From positions 53,149-117,148 of the IMG/VR virus record IMGVR_UViG_3300021431_004509: a stretch of 64,000 nucleotides of DNA. The stretch is one strand, 5' to 3'. Each line of letters opens with the position of its first letter. The stretch's first letter is position 1. The DNA is from a virus (Duplodnaviria; Caudoviricetes). Positions 1-10,119 of this stretch are shown in pieces. The position numbers were made by a program, and so were the translations under genes. The notes beneath the pieces were generated by a model, which did no database searches, had not been told where the DNA came from, and was given only the letters and a program-made list of their open reading frames with translations.

Positions 1-350
1 TTTGCTATGCACAACAGCGTAAAGGCGAGCCGCTGTGCCTGTACTCCTTTCACAGCCTTGATCCGTGCAATCTCCGGCTTTGTGATCTCGATCTTATCAA
101 TAATAATGAGTGGATGCTTCATCCCGTATTTCACCGAGCTTTCAATCGTATCGGCCCACAGTACGGTCGATGCGTAAGGATCGCACCGCAGGAGGAATTC
201 TTCAACCTTCTTCTTGACTCCTGCCTTCTTGTACCCCATGTGTTTGTAATACTTTGCTACGCGCCCAAGCGTCTCCGCAGGATTGCTTCCGAGCTCATAA
301 TGCTCAATCGCTTCCTTCGTCCATGTCAGTTCGTCCAGAATAATACTCAT
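1..350 (-). CDS. Hypothetical protein downstream of the RNAP gene, truncated by the window edge
   Basis: Manually translated open frame from ATG at 350 (MSIILDELTWTKEAIEH...RLAFTLLCIA) with no stop before position 1; overlaps the RNAP 3' end. Confidence 0.75.
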   Translation of the reverse strand, partial: MSIILDELTWTKEAIEHYELGSNPAETLGRVAKYYKHMGYKKAGVKKKVEEFLLRCDPYASTVLWADTIESSVKYGMKHPLIIIDKIEITKPEIARIKAVKGVQAQRLAFTLLCIA

Positions 351-3078
351 CAGATTCCCCCAATGTTTTTGTTATCACCGTAAACCGCTCACCGCAATAC
401 TCGATTTCCCCGTCGTCTGCTTGAACCGGTATGGAAAGAACGCCGCCATTTTTATCCAGCAGGTTCTGTACCACCTGCTCGGCAAATGTTCCCCACAGCA
501 ATCTCTTTGTCGCGCTCTTCCCGTACCAGATATCGATCAGGATATTGACAAGCTCCGCATCGCAGGAGCACACAGCCGCACACTCACGTCTGAACTCATC
601 GTAAATACTATGGTTGAATACAAACACCTCATCCTGATCCACACTGTTCGAATTTGCGTACGCCATGTATTCCTTCAGCCGCCTGCTGTATTCCTCATAA
701 AGCTTTTTCACCGTGTAGTATCTGTGCTGCTTGTATGTCGCGTCGCTTTTATACAACGATGTATCAAACGTTCCTGCCGCAGAAGCCCGACCGACAAACC
801 CGTCGAAGGCTTCTTCAAACTTCCGGCAGATTCTGTTCATCACGCAGTCTCCGACGCCGACCGGCATACCGAGATCATAATACCGCAGGAAGTCTTTCTG
901 TCTGTCGGTCAGCTCGGAATAGGGGAGTGCCCGCAATTCATCCACCCCAATCCGAAACTCACGAAGCGCGGCTCCGTCTGACTTCCGGATATATGTCTTG
1001 TATTCCTTCATCAGGTCCGGATAGATATACCGCATAAAGGCAGGCTTTCTGTCCGCAACGATGCTTCTGTAAAAGCTGCGTGTATCGTCGTCCTCAATCT
1101 GGTTGACTGCGTGCCTGTCATGCCACTCCCTCGGCATCGGTTTTGCGATAATACCCTTCGCCCGATCAATTACATTCTGCTGCAGAAGCTGGCCGACCAT
1201 CGTTCTGTATTCCAGCTCCTTATATTCCTTGCTCTCCGGCTTGAAATGTGACTGCACCTCATACATGGATGTGATCCAGTTTGTTGTCTTCCCGATCTCA
1301 TTTCCAAATGCAAGGATGTTCGCCTGTATCGTGTCGTCCTCTCCCGGGACGATTTTTGTCGCCTTCCTCTGGGCACACATGATTGTCGGCAGTTCTCTGT
1401 TCCGCCTGACAAGAACAGGGTTGTCCGTCAGCATAACAATATCGCCATCGTAATCAGCGCCATTGAGTGCGGCTGTCATGGAGTCCCATACGTTAAAGAT
1501 CGTTCCCGTCGTATTGAAGCGATACCAATACGCAGCCTCCGCGGACATACATGGATGAACCTTCCGGATGTTGTTGTGTACAGACATCGGCGCCCGGAAG
1601 CACACAAGGTTGTCCTGGCCGTTATCAACCCAATACTTGTTGTAGATCTCTCCGGCCTTTAACAGCCCGGTCACTTCCATACCGAAGATACTCTGGCAAA
1701 GTGCATACGGGTCTCCGGAGATGATGGAGTAATTTCCATGTACATTGAGCACGCCGACTTTTGCCTCATTGATCCTGTTGCGAATCAGTTGGTAGATAGA
1801 CGCCTTCACGAACGGGTCGTCCAGCACACGTTTGTCTGCCATGATAGCCTTTGCGATCCCAGGCTTTAACCTCTCCGGGCTTGCATTGCCCACACCGGTT
1901 CCGGAAAGAAACAGGACTGTCTTTGCCCAATCCCCTCCAAGCACACCATTTAACTCATCCATAGTCGGTGCGATCAGCTCATCAATGTCATCGTCAGACA
2001 TCTGATAGGACTGGATAAACTGATAGTTAAGCGATCTCTGATTCTCCAGCACCTCCGGCGCCGTCTTGGTCACGCAAATTGAGTAACCGTTCTCCGTGCA
2101 GCAGTCGAGATAATGGTCAATGCTTCTGTAACTATCCCACAGCTTCAGCATGCTCTCCGTGAAAATCAGTTCTACTTGACGTATGTCAATCTCGTTCCCC
2201 CATACGTCCGTCACCATGTATTTCCCGGCGACATTCTCCGCAAAGTCCAAAAAGTCAAAGGTAAAGATCATGCCCTTTTCAAAGCTGAGTCTTGTGTTGC
2301 ACCCGCTCATAACGTAGTTAAGGCCAAGCTCCCTGCTCCATCTCTCTGCAAGTGACGGCAGCATCAGCCCGCAGCCGTCGCACCCATCCATCCGGATCTC
2401 CGTATCCTTCTGGAACTCCATGACCGGCTCGCCGTCTCCCTCGTCAGTGATATAGATCGTGTCCTCGTGAAACACCGTTTCGAAATCCTTTACCACCAGG
2501 ATTCCATTCGGCCATGACACAGGGACAGACGCGCTGCATGCAAGCGCCTTATAAGCCTCCAGCTTCGCCGGGACAAGCTGCTTGTTCATATCTCTCCCAT
2601 TGTCGATCCTGCGTCTGATCTCATCGATATGCCGTTCGCTGATAAAGACGATGGTGCTGTTTTTGATTCCGCCGTTTGTGCCAAGCAGACGCTTATAGCT
2701 GATCCCGTTGATACTGAACCCGTTGCACGCACGCCAGTAATCCTTTTCCTTGTCAATAATAAGGCACATATAGTCCGGCTTGAACTGGATCGTATCCAGC
2801 TTCTGATAAAGCTGGCGCACAGCCTTTCTGTTTTCAATATTGTTATCTGCTTTGCGCAGCCGCACGATCTCGCGCTTGATCTCCGCTGCGCGTTCGTCTG
2901 CGTCGACAATTCCGTTTAACTCATCCAGCCACCGCAGAACCTGGCTGCTTGCAAGTGCGATCACCTCTCCGTTTTTTCTTGCCTCAGATATCGGGAGAGT
3001 AAGCTTCCACCTTGCCTCGCGCAGCCGTGAGCTGTGTATCTTGTAGATATAGCGCGGACTCGCTGTCTGTTGCTTAAT
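304..3078 (-). CDS. YonO-like single-subunit (RdRP-like) phage DNA-dependent RNA polymerase
   Basis: NGADYDGD catalytic DxDGD motif, DGCG and FRAP motifs, about 900 aa. The frame stays open 38 codons upstream of the tracked GTG (2964) to an ATT at 3078 preceded by AAAGGAGG. Confidence 0.9.
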   Translation of the reverse strand: MKQQTASPRYIYKIHSSRLREARWKLTLPISEARKNGEVIALASSQVLRWLDELNGIVDADERAAEIKREIVRLRKADNNIENRKAVRQLYQKLDTIQFKPDYMCLIIDKEKDYWRACNGFSINGISYKRLLGTNGGIKNSTIVFISERHIDEIRRRIDNGRDMNKQLVPAKLEAYKALACSASVPVSWPNGILVVKDFETVFHEDTIYITDEGDGEPVMEFQKDTEIRMDGCDGCGLMLPSLAERWSRELGLNYVMSGCNTRLSFEKGMIFTFDFLDFAENVAGKYMVTDVWGNEIDIRQVELIFTESMLKLWDSYRSIDHYLDCCTENGYSICVTKTAPEVLENQRSLNYQFIQSYQMSDDDIDELIAPTMDELNGVLGGDWAKTVLFLSGTGVGNASPERLKPGIAKAIMADKRVLDDPFVKASIYQLIRNRINEAKVGVLNVHGNYSIISGDPYALCQSIFGMEVTGLLKAGEIYNKYWVDNGQDNLVCFRAPMSVHNNIRKVHPCMSAEAAYWYRFNTTGTIFNVWDSMTAALNGADYDGDIVMLTDNPVLVRRNRELPTIMCAQRKATKIVPGEDDTIQANILAFGNEIGKTTNWITSMYEVQSHFKPESKEYKELEYRTMVGQLLQQNVIDRAKGIIAKPMPREWHDRHAVNQIEDDDTRSFYRSIVADRKPAFMRYIYPDLMKEYKTYIRKSDGAALREFRIGVDELRALPYSELTDRQKDFLRYYDLGMPVGVGDCVMNRICRKFEEAFDGFVGRASAAGTFDTSLYKSDATYKQHRYYTVKKLYEEYSRRLKEYMAYANSNSVDQDEVFVFNHSIYDEFRRECAAVCSCDAELVNILIDIWYGKSATKRLLWGTFAEQVVQNLLDKNGGVLSIPVQADDGEIEYCGERFTVITKTLGESDEYYSGRTDMDEGSD

Positions 3079-3120
3079 AAGCCCCGCCTCCTTTGGTATT
3101 CATATAATTGACTTGACAGA

Positions 3121-3300
3121 TCAATAAAGAAATGGGTCAACCCCATTTTCCCGCAAATAAGCATAATACTCGTCGTAGAAGGAACGTCTCTCAGCCTCTA
3201 TGTAAAGTCCGATTGTCTCGTCTCCGCTATGCGCGTCAACGCCCATCAGGATCGCAAGCTCCTCGTCTGTAAAGCCGTATTCATTCCATGGTGTCTTCAA
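3121..3300 (-). CDS. Small acidic hypothetical protein (59 aa)
   Basis: TTG start after an AAGGGAGG RBS; MKTPWNEYGFTDEEL...; fills the gap between helicase-like and RNAP genes. Confidence 0.55.
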   Translation of the reverse strand: MKTPWNEYGFTDEELAILMGVDAHSGDETIGLYIEAERRSFYDEYYAYLRENGVDPFLY

Positions 3301-4549
3301 CTGCGTCACCTCCCTTCGCCGTCTCAACGATCCAATCCCAGAGCAGGTTACGCATTCGGCAACTCGGCACATACAGGTAGATCGGCTTACCGTCGCGGAT
3401 CGCGCTTCGCCAGATCCACTGCAGCATCTCTGACAGCGCGATCTCGTCGCGGTCGATAATGAACCCGCGCTTGGCAAAGAACTTCTGAACGTTCGGGTCC
3501 TCATACCGGTTTACCATGTAGGCAAGGTGAGTGCATCGCCTGTACTCGTTCGTTGCTTTCAGGTTGAGCGGGACGAAGTTTCCGCGGCATCTTCCGTTCG
3601 GCGGTACCAGCTTATCCATATCCTTTTTGAAGCATGTCCACATCCGCTCTTTACTTGCATCGGCACCGCGTGCTCTGCGAAGGAAACGAAGCATATTCTT
3701 CCTGAGCTGTGCGATAAGATCATCGTCCGCATTTCGCATGTTGTACCAATTCTTTGCGAGTGAATACGTTTCTCTCCCCGGCCTGTTCATATCAGCATCG
3801 AGATCAATATGGATCAGTCCTCTATAGTCCACAGCTGGCGGGTTATCCGGATGCGGCACAAAGAATGGACCATTGTTGTCAAACTCAATTCCATAGATAT
3901 CGTACTGGAATCCAAAGATAGCAAGATAGCCGTCGAGTAAACTCTTCTTAAAACGATAAGTAAGGATAAACACCTCGTCAAATGCGCTGAGCAAATCCGG
4001 GTTCAGGATGCTCATTAAGGAGGTGTCTGCGCAGTACAGGCATCCGGAATCTGCCATACGTTTATACCCGTTGAACTTCCCCTCATAGCTGTCGTCGATC
4101 CAGGACACGCGCCCATCCTCACCAACCTGTACCTGCTGTTTCAGGATCATCTGCAGATCCTGATGGGTAATTGCCACCTTTTCTATTATATTGATTTCCT
4201 CGTCTACGATCAGGACATAATGCTTTTCTTTCACCAGCTCTCTCGCCTCCTCGTCCATCAGGTAGAAGAGGGAATGGGTAGTGGAAATATTTTTACCGGC
4301 CCTGAGGTAATCTTTCAGGATCACTGACTTCGGAATTGCCCGCGCATCATCCGCGCCGTCTTCTATCGTATCATCTTTCGGTTCATCGAAATCACACCAC
4401 TGGCAAATACGCTCCACCTCTGTCAGATACGGCGTGATATACAGGAAGCGATATTCATCCTTATGATCCTCCATATACCGGATGGCGGCAGTGGACTTGC
4501 CTCTGCCCATCCTGGCGTCTACAACCTTGATATGATTCTCATCATTCAT
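3281..4549 (-). CDS. SF2/DEAD-like helicase-fold protein
   Basis: Walker A-like DARMGRGKS, LYITPYLTE, Walker B-like LIVDEE, C-terminal QWIWRSAIR motif VI-like. Confidence 0.75.
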   Translation of the reverse strand: MNDENHIKVVDARMGRGKSTAAIRYMEDHKDEYRFLYITPYLTEVERICQWCDFDEPKDDTIEDGADDARAIPKSVILKDYLRAGKNISTTHSLFYLMDEEARELVKEKHYVLIVDEEINIIEKVAITHQDLQMILKQQVQVGEDGRVSWIDDSYEGKFNGYKRMADSGCLYCADTSLMSILNPDLLSAFDEVFILTYRFKKSLLDGYLAIFGFQYDIYGIEFDNNGPFFVPHPDNPPAVDYRGLIHIDLDADMNRPGRETYSLAKNWYNMRNADDDLIAQLRKNMLRFLRRARGADASKERMWTCFKKDMDKLVPPNGRCRGNFVPLNLKATNEYRRCTHLAYMVNRYEDPNVQKFFAKRGFIIDRDEIALSEMLQWIWRSAIRDGKPIYLYVPSCRMRNLLWDWIVETAKGGDAVEDTME

Positions 4550-5728
4550 TGTTCATAAACCATCTCCTCTCGGCAAATTCTTTTCTTGACGAACTGACAA
4601 TCCATGCCATCGGAAGCACCCCTTCCCAATGGAAGTCCGCAAAGCCGCATGAATACAGGATTTTTTGGGTCTGTTTCTTAAAAGAAATATACTCTCGCAA
4701 CCTTTGACACAGTCGGGGGTGAGAGACACGTATCCTCGACTGTAACAAGGGACGATCGTAAACATTATCTTTTCGTTAAAATGATTATCTTCCCCTCCTA
4801 TATATTATTCTTTTATTTAATAGCAATTTCCTGAAACCCGCATGAGCACTAGCTTTTTTTGAGGCCATTGACACTGGAAAATGAATTTGTGTCAACGCCC
4901 TTTTTTAAGTGCCTCAAAAAGTTCACAAAATCGAAAAAACGTGTGAATCGTTTTTGGGCTTCCATTGTGGCAACAACGTTTTTGATCTCCCACCTATTCT
5001 TACCGGCGAGACGTGCCGCTACGTTTGAAAGTGACGTCCAGAGAGTAAACGTATGCTCGCAGGAGCAAACGGTGTAAAGCGGCACGTCGACCGGTTTGCG
5101 TTGTCTGCCGCCGAACATCGTATTCGTCTATGCGGCAGGTGTACGATCGGCAGACGGATCGAATAGAATAGCTTTGCTGCAGACCACTCATATCATATAC
5201 GATGCAGCGTCGTTTGATTGTGGTATCAAATCAAATAAATGCGGTCGATTACTTGGAGTGAAAAATAAATATATATATTATTGTTTTACAAGTTTGAGAT
5301 CCACAGTCCTGTCGTTCACTTCCACACATAATCATTTATTTGACATGATGCATTATACCACATGAGGTTCAATTTGTCAAGTAAAATCGCTTGACAGACC
5401 GAATGTTGCAGTTGCAAAATGAGACAAGGCTAGTTGGCGGCGTATTCGATGTTTCGCTACGTTTTCTGTCTGGACATTTCTTCTTGATCCGGGAGGGCTG
5501 AAGCCCGATCAGATCATTTGGACCCGGAAACCATTGAATTTCAACGGGATCGTTGAGGGGAAGATTTTTTCAAACGCTACCTGGGAGAAGAAGCAGCTTA
5601 CATTATTTTTCCCGGTCAAGCCGCCGAAAATACCAAAAACAAGCCGCCCCGACGGGCTGAAAGTTTCGCTTTGTAATTTTGCAACATAGCGCCATGGGGA
5701 GACGGTCAGCACAAGCCGAAAAAAAATC

Positions 5729-5759
5729 AGACTGTAACGCCGTTTTACCTTTGGGGACA
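5729..5759 (-). promoter_or_regulatory. 31-bp motif copy 1 (putative phage-specific promoter), pointing toward helicase/RNAP genes
   Basis: Reverse complement TGTCCCCAAAGGTAAAACGGCGTTACAGTCT matches 7032-7062 and 7136-7166 at 30 of 31 positions. Confidence 0.65.
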
Positions 5760-5777
5760 GATAACAAAAATTTTTTC

Positions 5778-5806
5778 TTGACAAATACGATTGACGCCCC
5801 TATAAT
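5778..5806 (+). promoter_or_regulatory. Consensus sigma-A promoter for the 5883 gene
   Basis: TTGACA-17 bp-TATAAT perfect consensus; AGAAAGGA RBS downstream. Confidence 0.85.
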
Positions 5807-5882
5807 TGACAGTGTAGTGAAAGCTACACGATGCACATTGACAAATCAAAAAAACATCTATCGAGAAAGGAAGTAAAAAACC

Positions 5883-6902
5883 ATGAAAAAAACCGCTTTA
5901 ACTCTTGCCGTCCGTAGCATCAAACGCCGTAACAGTGCCGAAAGAAAGTTGATTAATAACCGCTTTTACTATGAGTACAAATTCAACGAAAGCGGCGAAT
6001 ATGTTTCCGACGGCCTGCAAGCCCTGCACAAGTCCGACAAACGCTTTTATATCTACATTCCCGCAACAATCGCAAGCGCCGACAATTCGCCTATTTCTGA
6101 CTTTGGACAAATGTACATGCTGACGCTTGCATATCGCTTTACCGCTCGCGCACTGCTGACAAACTATCAGAAATCCGGTCTTGTCATGCTGGACACTCTT
6201 TATAAGCAAGTCAAAGCACAGGGGTCAATGCTTTTCGGTCAAGCCATGTTTGCCGAAATTGAAACGGAATGCAAGTACAGTTACCGCTATTTTGACAGCA
6301 AACTGCACAAATTTTTCCAGCGTCAAACGCCGAAAATGAATCAGCGCATTATTCACGACGACGCAAAAGAATTTGCATATAACGCAAGCTATGACAAGTC
6401 AAAAACAGTTGACGAATACGATGTATTCCAAGACGTAGAAGATTTGCTTTCCGCCGCACTTGAAAGAATGACAATTCTTGTTAGGGCTGGACAAATCAAG
6501 AATTACTGTGATTTTTCGTTACATTCCAGCGCTATTTATGCAGCTATCAACAGAGAAATTACATATACAAGAACAATTACAGCGCAAATGTCCGATAATG
6601 TCCGCATTTTCGACGAAAACGGACTTGAAAGAATCGTTTCCGCGATTTACTTTGACGAGCACGAAAAGCTTTCAGTTGATGCAATCCTGCAAGAGCTTGC
6701 CGGCGTTATGAAAACGCTTTTCCCCCGCTTGAATGTCGAGAAAGCTATTCTTGCATATCGCAAAACGCTTGACGGTTTCACCATGCGCGAAATTGGAAAC
6801 GAGCTTGCAGTTGACCATAAACAGATCGTTAGATGGTCAAAAAGTGTCGAATATGCACTTGAAAGCGTCGAATTTGCCGAAAAAGTGTCCGAAATGGTAT
6901 AA
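5883..6902 (+). CDS. Putative phage sigma-factor-like / HTH transcription regulator
   Basis: C-terminal sigma region-4-like HTH (GFTMREIGNELAVDHKQIVRW); own promoter and terminator. Confidence 0.55.
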   Translation: MKKTALTLAVRSIKRRNSAERKLINNRFYYEYKFNESGEYVSDGLQALHKSDKRFYIYIPATIASADNSPISDFGQMYMLTLAYRFTARALLTNYQKSGLVMLDTLYKQVKAQGSMLFGQAMFAEIETECKYSYRYFDSKLHKFFQRQTPKMNQRIIHDDAKEFAYNASYDKSKTVDEYDVFQDVEDLLSAALERMTILVRAGQIKNYCDFSLHSSAIYAAINREITYTRTITAQMSDNVRIFDENGLERIVSAIYFDEHEKLSVDAILQELAGVMKTLFPRLNVEKAILAYRKTLDGFTMREIGNELAVDHKQIVRWSKSVEYALESVEFAEKVSEMV

Positions 6903-6911
6903 ACTCAAATG

Positions 6912-6946
6912 AAAAGAGCTGTCATTCTTGACAGCTCTTTTTTTTT
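6912..6946 (+). terminator. Rho-independent terminator
   Basis: AAAAGAGCTGTCA/TGACAGCTCTTTT stem followed by a T tract. Confidence 0.85.
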
Positions 6947-6989
6947 CGCCCCTGACGGCCTGCACAGCGGCCTGACGGCCACGAGCGCC

Positions 6990-7198
6990 CCTGACGGCCT
7001 GACGGCCTGACGAAAGAAAATTTTCGTCAAGTGTCCCCAAAGGTCAAACGGCGTTACAGTCTAAGTGTAAGCGGTCAGCGCTTGCAGAAAACGCCTGACG
7101 GCCTGACGGCCTGACGAAAGAAAATTTTCGTCAAGTGTCCCCAAAGGTCAAACGGCGTTACAGTCTAAGTGTAAGCGGTCAGCGCTTGCAGAAAACGC
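6990..7198 (+). repeat. Exact 104-bp tandem duplication containing motif copies 2 and 3 and CCTGACGG octamer repeats
   Basis: 6990-7093 equals 7094-7197. Confidence 0.95.
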
Positions 7199-7200
7199 AC

Positions 7201-7619
7201 CACCGAGCGCAAGTCGGTGTGAGATCATGCAGCTAACTGCATGTAACCTTGTGCATAATCAAGGCGTCGCCAGTGGATGGGAGTAGGCCCATTGTTCGGA
7301 TAGTGAAAGCCGCTGTGAGTGCTGAGTATCGGCAGCCGGCCGTGTATAGCTTCGGCCGTGACAATGTGATACCGTCACATTCGACACGCTGTCGCGCTGC
7401 GCCCTACCGCGTCAAAATTGGGGCGATATATCCAAATGATTTCAGCCTTGCGCCGTGGTGCGTGTACACGTTTCCGACGTGTACGTTTATCCGGCATATC
7501 TCCGATGTGACGGATCGCATGTAATCGGCGCTTGGCTGATTGAAATTGATATATTTTACACACGAAAGCGTGTGGTAGAGCGCCCGCCTGATTACTCCGG
7601 CGGGCGTTGAATTATGCGC
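7201..7619 (+). ncRNA. Putative large structured leader or ncRNA
   Basis: Closing helix 7251-7259/7611-7619, nested 7260-7265/7445-7450 and at least five local hairpins; no credible ORF. Confidence 0.5.
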
Positions 7620-7656
7620 TTTATGTGCAAATTATATCAAAAGGAGAAAAAGAAAA

Positions 7657-8430
7657 ATGGCTGAAGAAAAAACCCTGAAGACGATGTATAACGAGGTGAT
7701 CGCTAATGCGAACGCCGTCGTCGTCGCGATGAATGAGCACAAGCCTCAGAAAGAGGTCAAAGCGCTCAAAAAGGTTTGCAAGGAGTCGGTCGATCTCTAT
7801 AACGATCGCCTTGCAAAGGCGTACTACATCCGGCTCTCCGAGGAGCATGGCCACGACGCTGTCAAGGTCGCTCTTGAGGCCGAGGAGACCGCAATCCCCG
7901 ATGCAATCGGCATCTCTTTCAAGGTGACTGATGACGATGTCGCCTTGTTCAGCGAAAACAAGCCCATCGTGAAGATGAACCTCGTCAAGATGCAGCAGGC
8001 TATCGGGCCTGAGTACTTTCACAACAAAGACTGGTTTGCCCGCGTCAATGTCCTTGCCCGGCTTATGGCGGTCGCTCTGAATGAGGAGCTCGGCGGCAGT
8101 GCCACGTTCCAGTACATCCTCGATGAATCCGCGAAAGAATTCAAGCTCAGCGCCGACGCCGATCCGAAGTCGGTCAAGTCCATGGTCAAGGCGTTCCAGC
8201 AGGTCATCGACGACGTCCTGTGGATCGACACGCTCGATAAGAGCGGGAACCATGTCAACGGCATCAAGTTTACCTCGAAGCAGTGGGCCTATATCCGCGA
8301 CTGCATGAGCAAGCAGGGCGGGAAGATCGGTGAAGTCCTGTACGGTTCCCCGGCAAAATGCACCGAGCTCGTTGCGGATTGCATCCACCTGATTCTGACC
8401 AACAAGGGCTGCACCCTCAAGGTCGGATAA
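7657..8430 (+). CDS. Hypothetical protein (257 aa), first gene of the rightward early region
   Basis: AAGGAG RBS, biased codon use, hairpin terminator at about 8442-8476. Confidence 0.85.
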   Translation: MAEEKTLKTMYNEVIANANAVVVAMNEHKPQKEVKALKKVCKESVDLYNDRLAKAYYIRLSEEHGHDAVKVALEAEETAIPDAIGISFKVTDDDVALFSENKPIVKMNLVKMQQAIGPEYFHNKDWFARVNVLARLMAVALNEELGGSATFQYILDESAKEFKLSADADPKSVKSMVKAFQQVIDDVLWIDTLDKSGNHVNGIKFTSKQWAYIRDCMSKQGGKIGEVLYGSPAKCTELVADCIHLILTNKGCTLKVG

Positions 8431-8830
8431 TTCAATCGGCCACCGGGCGGGGATGAAAATCCCCGCCCACGGTTTTTGACGATCGGCAACGTCTGCCCAT
8501 TCGGTTGGGTTTTTGCCGACGGTTTAGGGCTGCTGTCCGATAACAAGCCATTTATGGCTCCATGCACAAGCGTCCACGTCGCGGGGCTGGGTTCGGCAGA
8601 TTGTGCAATCTATCGACGGGGGTTTGGTTTTATGTCCTACAAGATTCGTATCGAACGGATTTCCGACGGCGAATCGTTCGGGGAATCTGACCTTATCCCG
8701 GTCGCAGATATCGGCGAGTATCTCAAGGTCTTATCTAAGCCGAGTATGTTCGGCGGCGGGGATTTTCGTTTCGTACTCATCCCGGCATAAAATCGCGGGT
8801 TTCTAAAACGTATCGAAAGTGAGGGTTTTT

Positions 8831-9025
8831 ATGTCCTATGAACTGTTTTGCTCCAAAGTGCGGGGTATTTGTTCTCGCGCTGGGTTATCCGCGGTTTTCT
8901 CCCATGAGGACGGGAAACATGTGGCGAGGGTTTCCGATGGTTGCATCATTATCGGGAATTCTGTCGCACCGTCTGTCGTGATTCGTGATCCACTGCGGAA
9001 TCATTGCTTCAGAACTGCAATTTGA
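8831..9025 (+). CDS. Small hypothetical protein, paralog of 9153-9344
   Basis: MSYELF...GNS..PSV.I shared with the next ORF. Confidence 0.65.
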   Translation: MSYELFCSKVRGICSRAGLSAVFSHEDGKHVARVSDGCIIIGNSVAPSVVIRDPLRNHCFRTAI

Positions 9026-9152
9026 TTTCTTCACCATTCCTCCTTTGTTTTGGCGGGGCTTATGCCACGCCACCTTAATGCAGCCGATGCCGGTCACAAG
9101 CCCGGATAAATGCAGAGTGGGGAATTTTATAATTGAATATCGGGGTGATCCC

Positions 9153-9344
9153 ATGTCTTACGAACTATTTAAGGACCGCTGTATTCTTATCGCGCATAGA
9201 CATGGCGTGGAAACAGATATCGAATTCAGTGACGAGGGTGGGTATTACACAGCAACATTCCAGAACGGGGATGTCATCGTCGGGAATTCGATATGCCCGT
9301 CTGTGCGGATTTTCCATAAGAACGGAAGAATGGAGCGCGTATAA
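9153..9344 (+). CDS. Small hypothetical protein, paralog of 8831-9025
   Basis: MSYELF...GNSICPSVRI. Confidence 0.65.
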   Translation: MSYELFKDRCILIAHRHGVETDIEFSDEGGYYTATFQNGDVIVGNSICPSVRIFHKNGRMERV

Positions 9345-9402
9345 AATAGAAAAACTGTGGATTTTTGTGCGGTTACATGTTAAACTGCACAAGGGTGATT
9401 GA

Positions 9403-10119
9403 ATGAAGTATCAGGAAATACGTGAGGCATTTCCGGAGTGTGGGGTTACTGTTTCTCCGCAGGGAATATCGCTGGTTTTTCCGTATTATATTCCAGACCG
9501 CTGGGTTAGTGCGCCTGTAAATGAGGATCAATTCCATAATATGCAGGTTTTTCAAGAACTCCTGTCATGTGATTCCATTGAGATTGCTTTATCCCCCGGG
9601 AAATACGCTAAAATGCTTTTTAATATGCAAATCGCTATAGGGAATTCGCTGATGTTTCCACCATTAAACAAACCGCAATCAGGTGATGAAATTATAGCGG
9701 AGGCTTCGGAGGGCTTTTTAGCTGACGAGGAATTTGTTGATATATTTAAGGATATTGATCCTGGAAATATTGAGGAAATCCTCAACGGTTTTCAGGAATT
9801 GAATGAGCGTAAAAAGGGGATCATTGCGAAGACTCCGATGACACTAAGTGGTGTCCAGCGTTGGAAAATTTTACGCGAGGAATCAGAGGAATTTCTTAAA
9901 AGGAATTTGCCGTGGGAAAGATCGATTGAACCTCCAACGAAAGGAATCGACTTCGGCACGATCGAATTTTACATAGAAGCTAGTCAACTGCTGGTTTTTA
10001 AGATATGTCAAACCGATATGCCGGCATTTCGTAAAATGTGTTTCGCGGCTGCTAGTTTTGATATCTCAAGCCATATCGAAAATGATTTTGCGAACATGGT
10101 TTTTGATGTTTTTTCATAA
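9403..10119 (+). CDS. Hypothetical protein (238 aa), AT-rich moron-like gene
   Basis: Long ORF, visibly AT-richer than flanks, terminator hairpin at about 10146-10171. Confidence 0.75.
   Translation: MKYQEIREAFPECGVTVSPQGISLVFPYYIPDRWVSAPVNEDQFHNMQVFQELLSCDSIEIALSPGKYAKMLFNMQIAIGNSLMFPPLNKPQSGDEIIAEASEGFLADEEFVDIFKDIDPGNIEEILNGFQELNERKKGIIAKTPMTLSGVQRWKILREESEEFLKRNLPWERSIEPPTKGIDFGTIEFYIEASQLLVFKICQTDMPAFRKMCFAAASFDISSHIENDFANMVFDVFS

Noticed and set aside
4550-5720. Short ORFs in the divergent intergenic region, or a replication origin
   Set aside because: The ORFs lack RBS and coding-like composition; the region is AT-rich in parts but I saw no clear iteron or DnaA-box array.
6950-7198. 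CCTGACGG and 104-bp repeats as a CRISPR array
   Set aside because: The units are exact tandem copies with no unique spacers and there is no cas operon; the Cas4-like nuclease lies in the recombination/replication module.
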